Assembly: GCA_945877545.1 (NCBI GenBank)
Contig: CAMCSO010000002.1
Span: forward strand, 1 to 54,649
DNA length: 54,649 bases
Reading direction: 5' to 3'
Source of the DNA: Bifidobacterium breve
GTDB taxonomy: Bacteria; Actinomycetota; Actinomycetes; S36-B12
Positions 34,526 to 44,275 of this stretch are shown in pieces. How positions within the stretch are numbered: position 1 is the first letter of the stretch; each line of letters opens with the position of its first letter. Below the pieces are notes generated by a model that saw only the letters and a list, made by a program, of their open reading frames with translations, was not told the origin of the DNA and searched no databases. The position numbers were made by a program, and so were the translations under genes.

Positions 34526-35122
34526 ATGTTCACCGGGATTGTCGAGGAGCGGGGAACTGTCGCGTCGGTGGAACCACTCACGAACGCTGAACGCATCGCG
34601 ATCCGCGGGTCCGTGGTTCTCGCTGATGTTCGCCCGGGGGATTCGATCGCCGTGAACGGGGTCTGCCTCACGGTTGTTGATATCGGGCCAGACTCCTTCA
34701 CGGCCGACGTCATGCAGGAAACTCTCAAGCGCAGTTCGCTGGGGAGCGCTGGAGTCGGTTCGGAAGTCAACCTCGAACGCGCGGCTCGGTTGGACTCTAG
34801 GCTCGGTGGTCATCTCGTTCAGGGCCATGTCGACGGCACTGGGGAGGTGCTGGTGATCGAGCCCGATCCACATTGGACCCTCATGCGGATCTCGCTTCCT
34901 GCAGGGCTGGGTCGATATGTTGTCGAGAAGGGATCCATCACTGTCGACGGGGTGTCGCTCACCGTTGTCGGTGTTGACGACGATGGCTTCAGCGTCTCCC
35001 TCATCCCGACAACCTTGGCGGAAACAACGCTGGGCTCTCGCCGTGTGGGCGACACGGTCAATCTCGAGGTTGACGCCATTGCGAAGTATGTGGAGCGACT
35101 CATGCAGGGAAGGCTTTCGTGA
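34526..35122 (+). CDS. ribE: Riboflavin synthase
   Basis: N-terminus [12 protein letters not shown], two lumazine-binding repeats, 198 aa. Confidence 0.9.
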   Translation: MFTGIVEERGTVASVEPLTNAERIAIRGSVVLADVRPGDSIAVNGVCLTVVDIGPDSFTADVMQETLKRSSLGSAGVGSEVNLERAARLDSRLGGHLVQGHVDGTGEVLVIEPDPHWTLMRISLPAGLGRYVVEKGSITVDGVSLTVVGVDDDGFSVSLIPTTLAETTLGSRRVGDTVNLEVDAIAKYVERLMQGRLS

Positions 35123-36456
35123 TACCCGCGGAAGAGATGTACCTCGAGGATCCCCGCCCGGGGCTCCCCTCTCCGATCGCCGTTGTGCTCGACGATGATC
35201 AGCCCAACGTCGACGGGACGGTGCGACTGGATTCCATCGAGGCAGCGATCGAGGCGATTCGCCTTGGCAAAGCCGTCATCGTCGTCGATGATGAGGATCG
35301 AGAAAACGAGGGAGACCTCATCTTTGCCGCGTCGGCGGCGACACCGGCACTCACTGCGTTCATGATCAGGTACACCTCGGGCTACATCTGTGTTGGCATG
35401 GATGGCGAGCTTCTTGATCATCTCGGCCTACCGCCGATGACCGCCGTGAATGAAGATCGCAAAGGCACCGCATATGCCGTGTCCGTCGACGCCCGGGATG
35501 TCATCAGCACCGGGATTTCCGCGGAGGACCGTGCCCACACGATCAACGTCCTCGCTGACTCGGCGACGGAGCCGGGCGACCTTACGAGGCCGGGTCACGT
35601 TATGCCGCTGCGTTCCGTGCCAGGTGGTGTGCTGAGGCGTGCCGGTCACACTGAGGCCGCGGTGGACCTCACCCGCCTCGCCGGGCTTACTCCCGCGGGG
35701 GCCCTTTGCGAAATGGTGAACGACGTCGGCACAATGATGAATGCGGCGGACTGCCGGGCCTTTGCCGACGAGCACGGGCTTCTCCTCATCTCGATTGCCG
35801 ACCTGATCCGTTATCGCCGGCGCCACGAGAACCACGTCCAGCGTGTCGCCTCGGCGAGGCTTCCGACGGAGTTCGCTGACTTCACCGCGGTTGGCTTTCG
35901 AAGCGATATCGATGGCATTGAGCACATCGCTCTCGTTCGCGGTGATATCGGTGACGGGCACGATGTCCTCGTTCGAGTGCACTCCGAGTGCCTGACGGGC
36001 GATGTCCTCGGGTCCCTGCGCTGCGACTGCGGCCCCCAACTCCAGGCGGCTCTGCGCCGCATCGCGGAGGAGGGCAGGGGTGTGGTGCTCTATGTGCGCG
36101 GGCATGAGGGCCGAGGCATCGGACTGCTCCATAAGTTGCGCGCGTATGAACTGCAGGATCGCGGGCGTGACACAGTTGATGCCAACCTTGAACTCGGACT
36201 CCCCTCGGATGCCCGCGACTACGGCACGGGTGCACAAATACTCGCCGATCTCGGGATCGTGAGCATGCGGCTGCTCACGAACAACCCGGCGAAACGCGCA
36301 GGGCTTGAGGGGTACGGGCTGTCGATCGTTGAACGAATACCCATTGAGGTGCTCGCAAATGAGCACAATGTTGACTACCTGCGCACGAAGGTCGAGCGAA
36401 TGGGCCACACGATGGCACCAACTCAGCCGGCCGCTGTCGTTGAGTCGGGCCGATGA
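35119..36456 (+). CDS. ribBA: Bifunctional 3,4-dihydroxy-2-butanone-4-phosphate synthase / GTP cyclohydrolase II
   Basis: DHBP synthase motif [15 protein letters not shown] and GCH-II zinc motif [23 protein letters not shown]. Confidence 0.93.
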   Translation: MIPAEEMYLEDPRPGLPSPIAVVLDDDQPNVDGTVRLDSIEAAIEAIRLGKAVIVVDDEDRENEGDLIFAASAATPALTAFMIRYTSGYICVGMDGELLDHLGLPPMTAVNEDRKGTAYAVSVDARDVISTGISAEDRAHTINVLADSATEPGDLTRPGHVMPLRSVPGGVLRRAGHTEAAVDLTRLAGLTPAGALCEMVNDVGTMMNAADCRAFADEHGLLLISIADLIRYRRRHENHVQRVASARLPTEFADFTAVGFRSDIDGIEHIALVRGDIGDGHDVLVRVHSECLTGDVLGSLRCDCGPQLQAALRRIAEEGRGVVLYVRGHEGRGIGLLHKLRAYELQDRGRDTVDANLELGLPSDARDYGTGAQILADLGIVSMRLLTNNPAKRAGLEGYGLSIVERIPIEVLANEHNVDYLRTKVERMGHTMAPTQPAAVVESGR

Positions 36457-36938
36457 GCGGCGCAGGGGCTCCAATAGCGGGAGTGCCCGTTGTGGGTGCA
36501 CGGATCGCGCTTGTCGCATCAATGTGGCACGCGGTTATCATGGACGGACTCATCGCGGGTGCGGAACGCGCCTGTGCGCAGTCGCAGGCTACCGCGACCG
36601 TCATCCGCACCTCGGGGTCCTTTGAACTGCCGATTCTGGCAAAGGCATGCGCACTGTCGGGCCGTTTCGACGCCGTGGTCGCGCTCGGCGTCATCATCAG
36701 GGGCGGCACTCCCCACTTCGAATACGTGTGTGCGGCAGCGACGTCGGGGCTCAGTGATGTCGCTCTCGACACGATGATTCCTGTCGGTTTCGGCCTACTC
36801 ACCTGCGATACCGAGGAGCAGGCGCTGACCCGAGCCGGCCTTGAAGGATCACGCGAGGACAAGGGCGCTGAAGCCACCTGGGCGGCATTAACGAGCCTCG
36901 CAGCCCTGCGTGCGATTCAGTGCAACGTCTCGGCCTAG
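36453..36938 (+). CDS. ribH: 6,7-dimethyl-8-ribityllumazine synthase
   Basis: Motif [14 protein letters not shown], 161 aa, ATGA overlap with ribBA. Confidence 0.93.
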   Translation: MSGAGAPIAGVPVVGARIALVASMWHAVIMDGLIAGAERACAQSQATATVIRTSGSFELPILAKACALSGRFDAVVALGVIIRGGTPHFEYVCAAATSGLSDVALDTMIPVGFGLLTCDTEEQALTRAGLEGSREDKGAEATWAALTSLAALRAIQCNVSA

Positions 36939-36947
36939 GCTCAGCAC

Positions 36948-37211
36948 GTGAAAACCTTCGATGAGCTGTATGCCGAACTCGTGCGGAAGGCCGCGTACGG
37001 TGATGAGGATTCCGGGACCGTGCGACTGCTCGCTCAGGGCGTGCACGCCGTCGGCAAGAAGGTTGTCGAAGAGGCTGCAGAGTCATGGATGGCTGCCGAG
37101 CATGAGGGACCTGAGCGGACAGCCGAGGAGATCTCGCAATTGCTCTACCACGTGCAGGTGCTCATGCTCGCGGCAAGCGTGAGCCTCGACGACGTCTACC
37201 GTCGGCTCTGA
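36948..37211 (+). CDS. hisE: Phosphoribosyl-ATP pyrophosphohydrolase
   Basis: 87 aa. N-terminus [10 protein letters not shown] and an EEAAE helix typical of HisE. Sits upstream of hisG, as is usual in Actinobacteria. Confidence 0.88.
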   Translation: MKTFDELYAELVRKAAYGDEDSGTVRLLAQGVHAVGKKVVEEAAESWMAAEHEGPERTAEEISQLLYHVQVLMLAASVSLDDVYRRL

Positions 37212-37216
37212 CCGGC

Positions 37217-38062
37217 ATGCTGAGAGTCGCTGTCCCGAACAAGGGTCAACTCGCCGAGCCTGCGCGCAGCATGCTGCTCGAGGCCGGGTACCTCCGCGAC
37301 GCGGGGGTACGCGATCTCGTCGTCCACGATCCGATCAATGATGTCGAGTTCTTCTTCCTGCGCCCAAAGGACATCGCGATCTACGTTGGAGAGGGCACGC
37401 TTGACGCTGGCATCACCGGCCGCGACATGCTTTTGGACTCGGGCGCCCGGGCGAGTGAACTCCTGCCGCTGGGATTCGCGCCTTCGAGCTTTCGGCTGGC
37501 AGCGCCCAAGGGGATGGTGAGCTCGCCGCTGGAGTTGGCTGGCAAGCGAATCGCTACCTCCTACGCGGGACTGCTGAATTCGTGGCTGTCCGAGCAGGGC
37601 ATCGAGGCGCGAGTCGTTCGGCTCGACGGTGCCGTCGAGAACGCAGTGGCACTCGGCGTCGCAGATGCGGTGGCTGATGTCGTGGCGACGGGCACCACCC
37701 TCAAGCGTGCTGGTCTTGAGCTCGTCGGCGAGGCCCTGCTCGTCTCGGAGGCCCTCGTCGTTCGGCGCGAGGGTGCGCCCAGCGACGTTGCGGTCGATAC
37801 GTTCGTTCGCCGGCTGCACAGTGTCATGGTGGCGCGGTCCTATGTACTCGTCGACTACGACATTCCGACTGCTCTCCTCGAGGACGCCTGCCTCGTGACC
37901 CCGGGCCTAGAGTCCCCGACAGTGTCGTCGCTCCATGATCCTGCGTGGTCGGCGGTGCGCGCCATGGTGCCAGCGGCCGATGTCCATCACATCATGGACG
38001 AGCTCTACGACATGGGCGCTCGGGGGATCCTTGTGACCGACATCCACGCGTGTCGGCTGTGA
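37217..38062 (+). CDS. hisG: ATP phosphoribosyltransferase (long form)
   Basis: N-terminus MLRVAVPNKGQLAEPA, motif DVVATGTTLK, and a C-terminal regulatory domain. 281 aa. Confidence 0.93.
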   Translation: MLRVAVPNKGQLAEPARSMLLEAGYLRDAGVRDLVVHDPINDVEFFFLRPKDIAIYVGEGTLDAGITGRDMLLDSGARASELLPLGFAPSSFRLAAPKGMVSSPLELAGKRIATSYAGLLNSWLSEQGIEARVVRLDGAVENAVALGVADAVADVVATGTTLKRAGLELVGEALLVSEALVVRREGAPSDVAVDTFVRRLHSVMVARSYVLVDYDIPTALLEDACLVTPGLESPTVSSLHDPAWSAVRAMVPAADVHHIMDELYDMGARGILVTDIHACRL

Positions 38063-38499
38063 CTGCTGAAGCAGGAGTCACCGGTGCATCGATCATCGTG
38101 TGGCGCCGGGTTGCGTGGAACGAGACCGACGCGGCGGGTCATAACCACTTCACCGCCGTGTTCCGGTGGATCGAAGAGGCCGAGCATGTGCTCTTTCGGT
38201 CAATTGGAGTGGAAGCGTCGATGATCCCCCGAATTCCAAGGGTCCACATCGAGGTCGACTACTTCGATCGACTGTACTTCGATGAGTTGATCGAAGTGCG
38301 TGTCGGTGTGGCGAAGGTCGGCACATCGTCGTGCCACTTCGGTTTTGACGTGCTCAAGGCGGACGGCGGACGGGCCATCGGTGGCCGTTATGTCATCGTC
38401 CATGCCTCAGGAACTGCGTCTGGCGCGGCACCGTGGCCGGCAGGGATTCGTGAGAACCTCAGCGCGCGGTCTGAATTGACCACGGACCTTTCCCGGTAG
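38059..38499 (+). CDS. Hotdog-fold (4HBT/YbgC-like) acyl-CoA thioesterase
   Basis: About 146 aa. Has the pattern W.E.D..GH..F...FRW.EEAE typical of the 4HBT family. GTG 38059 overlaps the hisG stop (GTGA). The track start at 37945 lies inside hisG. Confidence 0.65.
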   Translation: MTAEAGVTGASIIVWRRVAWNETDAAGHNHFTAVFRWIEEAEHVLFRSIGVEASMIPRIPRVHIEVDYFDRLYFDELIEVRVGVAKVGTSSCHFGFDVLKADGGRAIGGRYVIVHASGTASGAAPWPAGIRENLSARSELTTDLSR

Positions 38500-38694
38500 G
38501 CTGCCGTTCCTTCGATTCACGGTCGATGACGAGGACCCGGCGAACTCCTGGGCGAGGAGGTCCTCCCCGAGGCGCTCCCGACTGCGGCCGAGATTCTTTC
38601 GGGGGTCGACGTAACAGTCGACCCGGCTGCGGTACCCTTATTGCGTTAATCTGACGCTCGTCAGGTAAACATCTCGTAACGACTCGCACGTTTG

Positions 38695-38724
38695 CTTGAA
38701 CCGGGTTGTGATCAAATGTCACAA
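38695..38724 (+). promoter_or_regulatory. Candidate promoter (-35 TTGAAC, 18-nt spacer, -10 CACAAT) overlapped by the inverted repeat TTGTGA-N7-TCACAA
   Basis: Read directly. The repeat arms are at 38706-38711 and 38719-38724, about 76 nt upstream of the SBP start. No experimental support. Confidence 0.35.
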
Positions 38725-38799
38725 TCCCTTAGCGCCGCAATCGCGGACGTATTTTTCGCATGGCAGGACCTTTGGGTTCGCTCTCAATCAGGAGGTGGC

Positions 38800-40047
38800 A
38801 TGAGGATTCGTCTCATGGCAGTGGCGGCAGCGGTAGGCGCTGGCTCGCTTGTATTGTCCGGGTGCGTTTCGTCGGGAACAAGCAGTTCCGACGCGAGCTC
38901 AGCTCCGGCAGAGGCATCGGCGGCGGCCTCGGATGCTGCATCCGCTGCGGCGCCGACCGGGGATCCGCTCGTTCTCGGTATCGTTCAGGCCGGTTCCGGC
39001 TTCATGGGCCCGATCGATACGCCCGCGCGCAACGCCCTTCTCATGGAGGTCGATGCAGTCAACGCCGCCGGTGGCGTCAATGGCCAGCCCATCACGGTCG
39101 AGTTCATCGACACCGAGACCAAGTTCGAGAAGTACGCACCTGCAGCCGAGGAAGTTATCGGCAAGGGCGCCAATGTTCTGGTCGTCACCTGCGACTACGA
39201 CGTGTCCTCGCCCGCTGCGCTCGTCGCGGAGGGCAAGAACATCCTCAACGTCGCGCCGTGCATCGGTGACCCGATCTACGGACCTGCGGGCGGCCTCAAG
39301 CTCGGCTTCTCCATGGGCGATGGCGTACCCGGCGAGGCTTCGGTCATGGCCGAGTTCGCGAGCAGCAAGGGCTGGAAGAACGCAGTCCTGCTCAAGGACA
39401 CGTCCATCAAGTACACGCAGAACCAGTGCGCAGTGTTTGAGAAGCGCTTCACCGAGCTCGGTGGCACCGTTGTGAAGACCTACGACTACGTGCAGGGCGA
39501 CTCCGTCAAGGAGACCGTCTCGAAGATCTCAGCAGCAGGTGCTCCTGATGTCATCATCAACTGCGGTTACAACCCCGGTGGTGGCACGGTGGCCAAGGAG
39601 ATCCGCGATGGCGGCCTTGCGACCCCGATCGTCTCCGGTTTCGGCATGGACGGCGACTTCTGGGTCGGCGCCATCCCGAATCTGTCCGACTACTACGTCG
39701 TCACCTACAACTCAAAGAACGGTGACGATGCCAACGCGGCCGTTAACGACTACGCGGCGGCCTACGAAGCGAAGTACGGCGCGAAGCCGGATGTTGGAGG
39801 CTTCGTCACCGGTCCGACGACCCTTCAGGTCATCCTCGAGGCCTACAAGCAGGCCGGAAGCTGGGACGGCGACAAGTTGACCGCAGCCCTCGAGACGTTC
39901 AAGGATGTGCCGACCCTGGCCGGCCCGACCTCGTTCTCTCCTGACCTGCACATCAACGTGGGCCGCCCGATGGCGATCCTCGAGGTCAAGGATGGCAAGC
40001 TGGTTTTCATCGAGGCAGTCGCCCCGGAGAAGGTCGTCTTCCCGTAA
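38800..40047 (+). CDS. ABC transporter substrate-binding lipoprotein, LivJ/LivK-like (family 1 / Peripla_BP_6)
   Basis: AGGAGG RBS, signal peptide with the lipobox LVLSGC, an S/A-rich linker, then a type-I PBP fold. The track start at 38692 is upstream of the RBS. Confidence 0.85.
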   Translation: MRIRLMAVAAAVGAGSLVLSGCVSSGTSSSDASSAPAEASAAASDAASAAAPTGDPLVLGIVQAGSGFMGPIDTPARNALLMEVDAVNAAGGVNGQPITVEFIDTETKFEKYAPAAEEVIGKGANVLVVTCDYDVSSPAALVAEGKNILNVAPCIGDPIYGPAGGLKLGFSMGDGVPGEASVMAEFASSKGWKNAVLLKDTSIKYTQNQCAVFEKRFTELGGTVVKTYDYVQGDSVKETVSKISAAGAPDVIINCGYNPGGGTVAKEIRDGGLATPIVSGFGMDGDFWVGAIPNLSDYYVVTYNSKNGDDANAAVNDYAAAYEAKYGAKPDVGGFVTGPTTLQVILEAYKQAGSWDGDKLTAALETFKDVPTLAGPTSFSPDLHINVGRPMAILEVKDGKLVFIEAVAPEKVVFP

Positions 40048-40799
40048 TGATCGACGCGCAGTCACCCCGGTCACGCTCCTTGAGCGTGACCGGGGTGACC
40101 CGTTCATTTGCCGGTGTCCATGCCCTGACTGACGTGAGCCTGTCGGTCAGCCCGGGTGAGGTGCTCGGCCTCATCGGCCCGAATGGTGCTGGAAAATCGA
40201 CGCTGGTCAACATCATCAGCGGCTACGACCTTCCCGATGCCGGGAGTGTGCATCTCGATGGGCACGACATCACCCGGGCAAAGCCGCATATGCGAGCGCG
40301 GCATGGCCTCGCTCGGACCTTCCAGCACGGACATCTCTTCAGTGGCTTGACGGTTCGAGAGAACCTCGTCGTGACCGCCATCGGCACGGGGCAGCATCGC
40401 AAGGCAGCGGGCGTGACCGCGGACGTGCTGCTCGACTCGTTTGGATTGCGAGCGCTCGCGACGCACGCTGCCAGTTCGCTGCCGCATGGAGTGGAGAGGC
40501 GTGTTGGGGTAGCGAGGGCGTTGGCCGGATCGCCTTCCTATGTTTTGCTCGATGAGCCAGCGGCGGGGCTCAACGAGGGTGAGATAGGCGACTTCGCAGA
40601 CAACATCCGGGCGCTGCGCGAAGCCGGTCTCGGGGTCATTCTCATTGACCACAACGTCCGCCTCATCCTTGACGTCTGTGATCGCATCCACGTTCTGGTC
40701 GAGGGCAAGACCCTGCTTGAGGGGACCCCTGATGAAGTGCGCGGCAGCGAAGAACTTGTCGAGGCCTACCTTGGAAGGAGTGGCAGTGTCCATCGATGA
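40047..40799 (+). CDS. ABC transporter ATP-binding protein (LivG-like)
   Basis: Walker A GPNGAGKST, Walker B VLLDEPAAGL, and the branched-chain-type C-terminal motif. Confidence 0.88.
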   Translation: MIDAQSPRSRSLSVTGVTRSFAGVHALTDVSLSVSPGEVLGLIGPNGAGKSTLVNIISGYDLPDAGSVHLDGHDITRAKPHMRARHGLARTFQHGHLFSGLTVRENLVVTAIGTGQHRKAAGVTADVLLDSFGLRALATHAASSLPHGVERRVGVARALAGSPSYVLLDEPAAGLNEGEIGDFADNIRALREAGLGVILIDHNVRLILDVCDRIHVLVEGKTLLEGTPDEVRGSEELVEAYLGRSGSVHR

Positions 40800-40839
40800 C
40801 AATGCGTCCATCGATGACGATGCGTCCATCGTTGACGAT
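40786..40839 (+). repeat. 18-bp in-frame tandem repeat x3 (gYgtccatcgWtgacRat)
   Basis: Units at 40786-40803, 40804-40821 and 40822-40839 differ by 1-2 nt. They encode SIDDNA/SIDDDA/SIVDDA. Unit 1 contains the stop codon of the upstream ATPase gene (40797-40799). Confidence 0.85.
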
Positions 40840-41568
40840 GCCCGTTCTGGGTCAGGGCAACGCGGCCGTGGTCTTCGCGTCGAAGGCCTTGAAGTGGCCT
40901 ACGGCGGGGTACCGGCAGTACGAGGCATCGACCTTGAGGTGAAGGCTGGGGAAGCAGTCGGACTCATCGGTCCGAACGGCGCTGGCAAGTCATCCACGCT
41001 TCTAGGGATCATGGGCGCGGTCGCACGCAGCGGTCGAGTACTCGTAAAAGGTGAGGACCTCGCGGGGTTTCCGCCGGAGAAGGTCGTGCGCAGGGGAGTG
41101 GCACTCGTACCCGAGGGGCGCCATGTGTTCGCCGAATTGAGCGTCGCTGACAACCTGCGGCTCGGCGCGGTGGCCCGTCGAGATCGCACCGGCTACTCCG
41201 AGGCTATGGAGCATGTCCTGACGCTGTTTCCGATGCTTCGCGACTTTGGCCATCGGCAGGCAGGGCTCCTTTCCGGAGGTCAGCAGCAGCAATTGGCCAT
41301 CGGCCGTGCGCTCATGAGTGACCCCGACATCCTCTTGCTCGACGAGCCGAGTCTGGGCCTGTCGCCGACTGCCGTTGACACCGTCTTCGAAGCGCTCGAC
41401 GTCATTCGTGCAGCGGGCAAGGCGGTCCTCGTGGTCGAGCAGCGCGCCGAGTTCACCATCGCCTTCTGTGATCGAACGTTCGTCCTGCATGATGGGGAGA
41501 TCACGTTGACCCTGAGCCCCGAGGATGCTGAGAAGGTCGACGTACTGACGAAGGCGTACTTCGGATGA
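40786..41568 (+). CDS. ABC transporter ATP-binding protein (LivF-like) with a repeat-containing N-terminal extension
   Basis: Walker A GPNGAGKSS, signature LSGGQQQQLAIGRAL, Walker B LLLDEPSLGL. GTG 40786 lies 5 nt after a GGAAGGAG RBS. The track start at 40645 lies inside the livG-like gene. Confidence 0.82.
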   Translation: MSIDDNASIDDDASIVDDARSGSGQRGRGLRVEGLEVAYGGVPAVRGIDLEVKAGEAVGLIGPNGAGKSSTLLGIMGAVARSGRVLVKGEDLAGFPPEKVVRRGVALVPEGRHVFAELSVADNLRLGAVARRDRTGYSEAMEHVLTLFPMLRDFGHRQAGLLSGGQQQQLAIGRALMSDPDILLLDEPSLGLSPTAVDTVFEALDVIRAAGKAVLVVEQRAEFTIAFCDRTFVLHDGEITLTLSPEDAEKVDVLTKAYFG

Positions 41569-42452
41569 CCGGGCAGTTGATTCAGTCGCTCGTCGACGCC
41601 CTCTCAGCAGGCGCCACTCTCGGGCTCGCCGCCTTGTCCATCGGGCTGGTCTTTGGAGTGATCCGACTGGCGAACTTTGCTCAGGCGGAAATCATCACCG
41701 CGTCGGCCTACTGCCTCATCTTCACATGGCAACTCGGCTGGTTCATCGCCGTTCCGCTGTCAATGTTAGTGGCAGTCGCGATGTCCCTGCTCATGGAGTT
41801 CGCGGTCTTCTCTCGGATGCGTTCAGCGAACCCCGCAACCTTGCTCATTGCATCGTTTGGGCTCAGCTTCCTGCTGCAACGTGTATACGAGCTCATGTTC
41901 TCAAACAACGTTCGAACCGCACCGGTGGCCAGTGGACTTGCTCAGACGGTTGAGTTTGCCGGGGTGAGGATTCAACTGCTGTCGGTGGCAACGATCACCA
42001 TTGCTGGGCTCCTCCTCCTCGGCCTGCACCTGTTCCTCAGTCGCACCAGCATGGGTCTACAGCTCAAGGCAGCCGCCGCAGACTTCAGGACCGCCAGATT
42101 GGTGGGCATCCCAGCGGGACGCGTGATCGCTCTGTCCTTCGCCCTCAGCGGCATTCTCGCTGCGGCCGTTGCGTTCGTCCTGACGGTCCAAAGTGGCGCG
42201 GTCGGGCCGACCTTCGGTGTCCAGATCACTATTTTGGCTCTCGTTGGTGCCGTCATCGGGGGAATCGACAAGATCTCAGGATCGCTGGCAGGCGGGTTCC
42301 TCGTTGGGTTTGTGACGTCGCTGCTGGCGACCTGGCTTCCCCAGGAGATGAGCAACTTCAAGGATGCGTATGTCTTCGTGCTCGTTATCGGGGTGCTCCT
42401 GTTCAGGCCTTCTGGCTTGCTCATCAAGGGACGTGGGGTGGCACGCACGTGA
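41565..42452 (+). CDS. ABC transporter permease (LivH-like)
   Basis: 295 aa, polytopic, branched-chain-type permease pattern. ATGA overlap with the preceding gene. Confidence 0.87.
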   Translation: MTGQLIQSLVDALSAGATLGLAALSIGLVFGVIRLANFAQAEIITASAYCLIFTWQLGWFIAVPLSMLVAVAMSLLMEFAVFSRMRSANPATLLIASFGLSFLLQRVYELMFSNNVRTAPVASGLAQTVEFAGVRIQLLSVATITIAGLLLLGLHLFLSRTSMGLQLKAAAADFRTARLVGIPAGRVIALSFALSGILAAAVAFVLTVQSGAVGPTFGVQITILALVGAVIGGIDKISGSLAGGFLVGFVTSLLATWLPQEMSNFKDAYVFVLVIGVLLFRPSGLLIKGRGVART

Positions 42453-43552
42453 CTGAACCAGTTGGAGTTGTGGACGCATCGGTGACGACCTCACCACGTG
42501 GTCTGTGGTACCGGCTCGGTCCGATCTGGTCGTTGGTGAGCCTGCTCGCCATCGTCTACGTCGTCACGCTCATCAACAGTTTCCTCGGCGAGAGCGTTCA
42601 GGTGCAATTGCAGTACGCACTCGTGAACCTCATCATCGTCGTCGCACTCCAGATCTTCATCGGAACGTCCGGGGTGCTCAGCTTTGGCCATGTGGCCTTC
42701 GTAGCCGTTGGGGCGTGGACCGTAGGGCTGCTCACCATCGATCCGGAACTCAAGCGCAACCTGCTCCCGGACCTCTTCCCCTTCCTCTTCGACCTGAACG
42801 CGCCATGGCTTGTCGCCGTGGTCATCGGTGGTGTGGTCGGCGGACTGCTGGCACTCGTCGTATCACCCGTTCTCATGCGGCTTAACGGCTTGCAGGCGGG
42901 CATCGCGACCTTCGCCCTCCTCGGTGTCGTGAATCAGGTCCTCACCTACTGGTCGAGCGTCGGTCCTCGAAGCGGTCAATCTATGGTCGGCATCCCTGAT
43001 GTCCTGAACCTGCAGACGACCATGCTCTTTGCCATGGCCGCAATCGTTGCAGCCTGGCTGTTCCAGCGAACGAGGCCTTCAAGACTCCTGCGGGCGGCCC
43101 GCGAAGACGGAATCGCAGCGGCATCCTCAGGTATCAACGTCGTGAGCCAGCGGATCATCGTGTTTGCGGTGTCCGGAATCGTTGCCGGGGTGGCGGGCGG
43201 GTTATTCGCGTTGACGAACCGCGTCGTGCAGTCAAGTCAGCTGAACATTGAACTGACCTTCGTGACCTTGGCGATGCTCGTGCTCGGAGGCATGTTGTCG
43301 TTGAGCGGTGCGGTCATTGGCACGTTGGTGTTCAGCCTCGTCGACGTCCTGCTCGTGCGCATGCAAAATGGCCTTGAGATCGGCGCCTATGTTGTGAGTG
43401 TGCCGCAGGGCGCGAGGGCGATCATCCTCGGTTTGATCCTTGTCGGCATGCTTCTGTTCCGACCATCGGGAATCACCGGTGGACGCGAATTTGTCTGGCC
43501 GTTCCGAAGCGACCGTCCGCTTCCCGGGATGCCGCCGACAAACGAGTCATGA
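42449..43552 (+). CDS. ABC transporter permease (LivM-like)
   Basis: 367 aa, polytopic. GTGA overlap with the preceding permease. Confidence 0.87.
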   Translation: MTEPVGVVDASVTTSPRGLWYRLGPIWSLVSLLAIVYVVTLINSFLGESVQVQLQYALVNLIIVVALQIFIGTSGVLSFGHVAFVAVGAWTVGLLTIDPELKRNLLPDLFPFLFDLNAPWLVAVVIGGVVGGLLALVVSPVLMRLNGLQAGIATFALLGVVNQVLTYWSSVGPRSGQSMVGIPDVLNLQTTMLFAMAAIVAAWLFQRTRPSRLLRAAREDGIAAASSGINVVSQRIIVFAVSGIVAGVAGGLFALTNRVVQSSQLNIELTFVTLAMLVLGGMLSLSGAVIGTLVFSLVDVLLVRMQNGLEIGAYVVSVPQGARAIILGLILVGMLLFRPSGITGGREFVWPFRSDRPLPGMPPTNES

Positions 43553-43560
43553 ACTGGCGA

Positions 43561-44250
43561 TCACGACGCTCCATGAGTGGTGCGTGAGGGATCTGCGGCA
43601 GGATCCTCCGCGGGGCCGACATGATCGGCGAGCCATTCTGCGAGCGGCTGCAGGGCCTGCCAGTCGGCGCGGACGGTTTCGATCGCCCTTCGGGACTCCA
43701 TCCATGGGGCGGCGGCGTAGTTGCTTGATGCGACGAGCATTCGATTCCTGAGCAAACCGATGCGTGGGTTGTTCGCGTCGTACCCGCGCGGCTTTGTCGC
43801 CAATTGGCGACCGTCGATCTCGAACCGCGAGGGAAGGACTTCAAGGATCTGCTCGAGCACGGCGCCGGTCGGGCCATCAACCGATTCGCGGTACCTGCGG
43901 AGTTGCTCCCCCTGAGGCGAGTACCAGCCGGCGCCCGCGATGAGCCCGTTCGCAGAGACCTGCACGTAGTACGCGATGGCGTCCTCGATTTGAACGACGG
44001 CGCCCTGATGATCCTTCAACGGAGTCTTGTCCTTGCTGAATCGGGCATCCCGATAAGGCCGGAACAAGTGAGCATCGCCGAACTCATCGGTCAGTTCGCT
44101 GAGCAGGGCGAGCATGGGTGCGCGGACCACTCGCTCGTACTCGGCCTTGTGAAGTGACCACCAGACCTTGGTGTTATCGGCGCTCAGCTGTTCATAGAAC
44201 TCGAAGGTCTCGGCTGGGAAACCTGCGAACGCTTCAGCCTTCTTCGTCAT
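43561..44250 (-). CDS. DUF2461 (TIGR02453-like) family protein
   Basis: Motifs FEFYEQLSADNTKVWW and FRPYRDARFSKDKTPLK. ATG at 44250 (MTKKAEAF...). The track ORF extends to 44388, into iorB. Confidence 0.72.
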   Translation of the reverse strand: MTKKAEAFAGFPAETFEFYEQLSADNTKVWWSLHKAEYERVVRAPMLALLSELTDEFGDAHLFRPYRDARFSKDKTPLKDHQGAVVQIEDAIAYYVQVSANGLIAGAGWYSPQGEQLRRYRESVDGPTGAVLEQILEVLPSRFEIDGRQLATKPRGYDANNPRIGLLRNRMLVASSNYAAAPWMESRRAIETVRADWQALQPLAEWLADHVGPAEDPAADPSRTTHGAS

Positions 44251-44275
44251 GGCTGAGTGTGACACGCACGGCGTA

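Noticed and set aside
38706-38724. A possible CRP/GlxR-type site (TGTGA...TCACA) upstream of the ABC importer.
   Set aside because: The spacer between TGTGA and TCACA is 7 nt, not the canonical 6. It is kept only as a generic inverted-repeat operator candidate and not called as a CRP/GlxR box.
40786-40839. Short tandem repeats (here and at 6066-6128 and 48132-48155) considered as a possible CRISPR or minisatellite array.
   Set aside because: The units are 12-21 bp, directly abutting with no spacers, and occur only 2-3 times. Two of the three are in-frame coding repeats. No cas genes are present.
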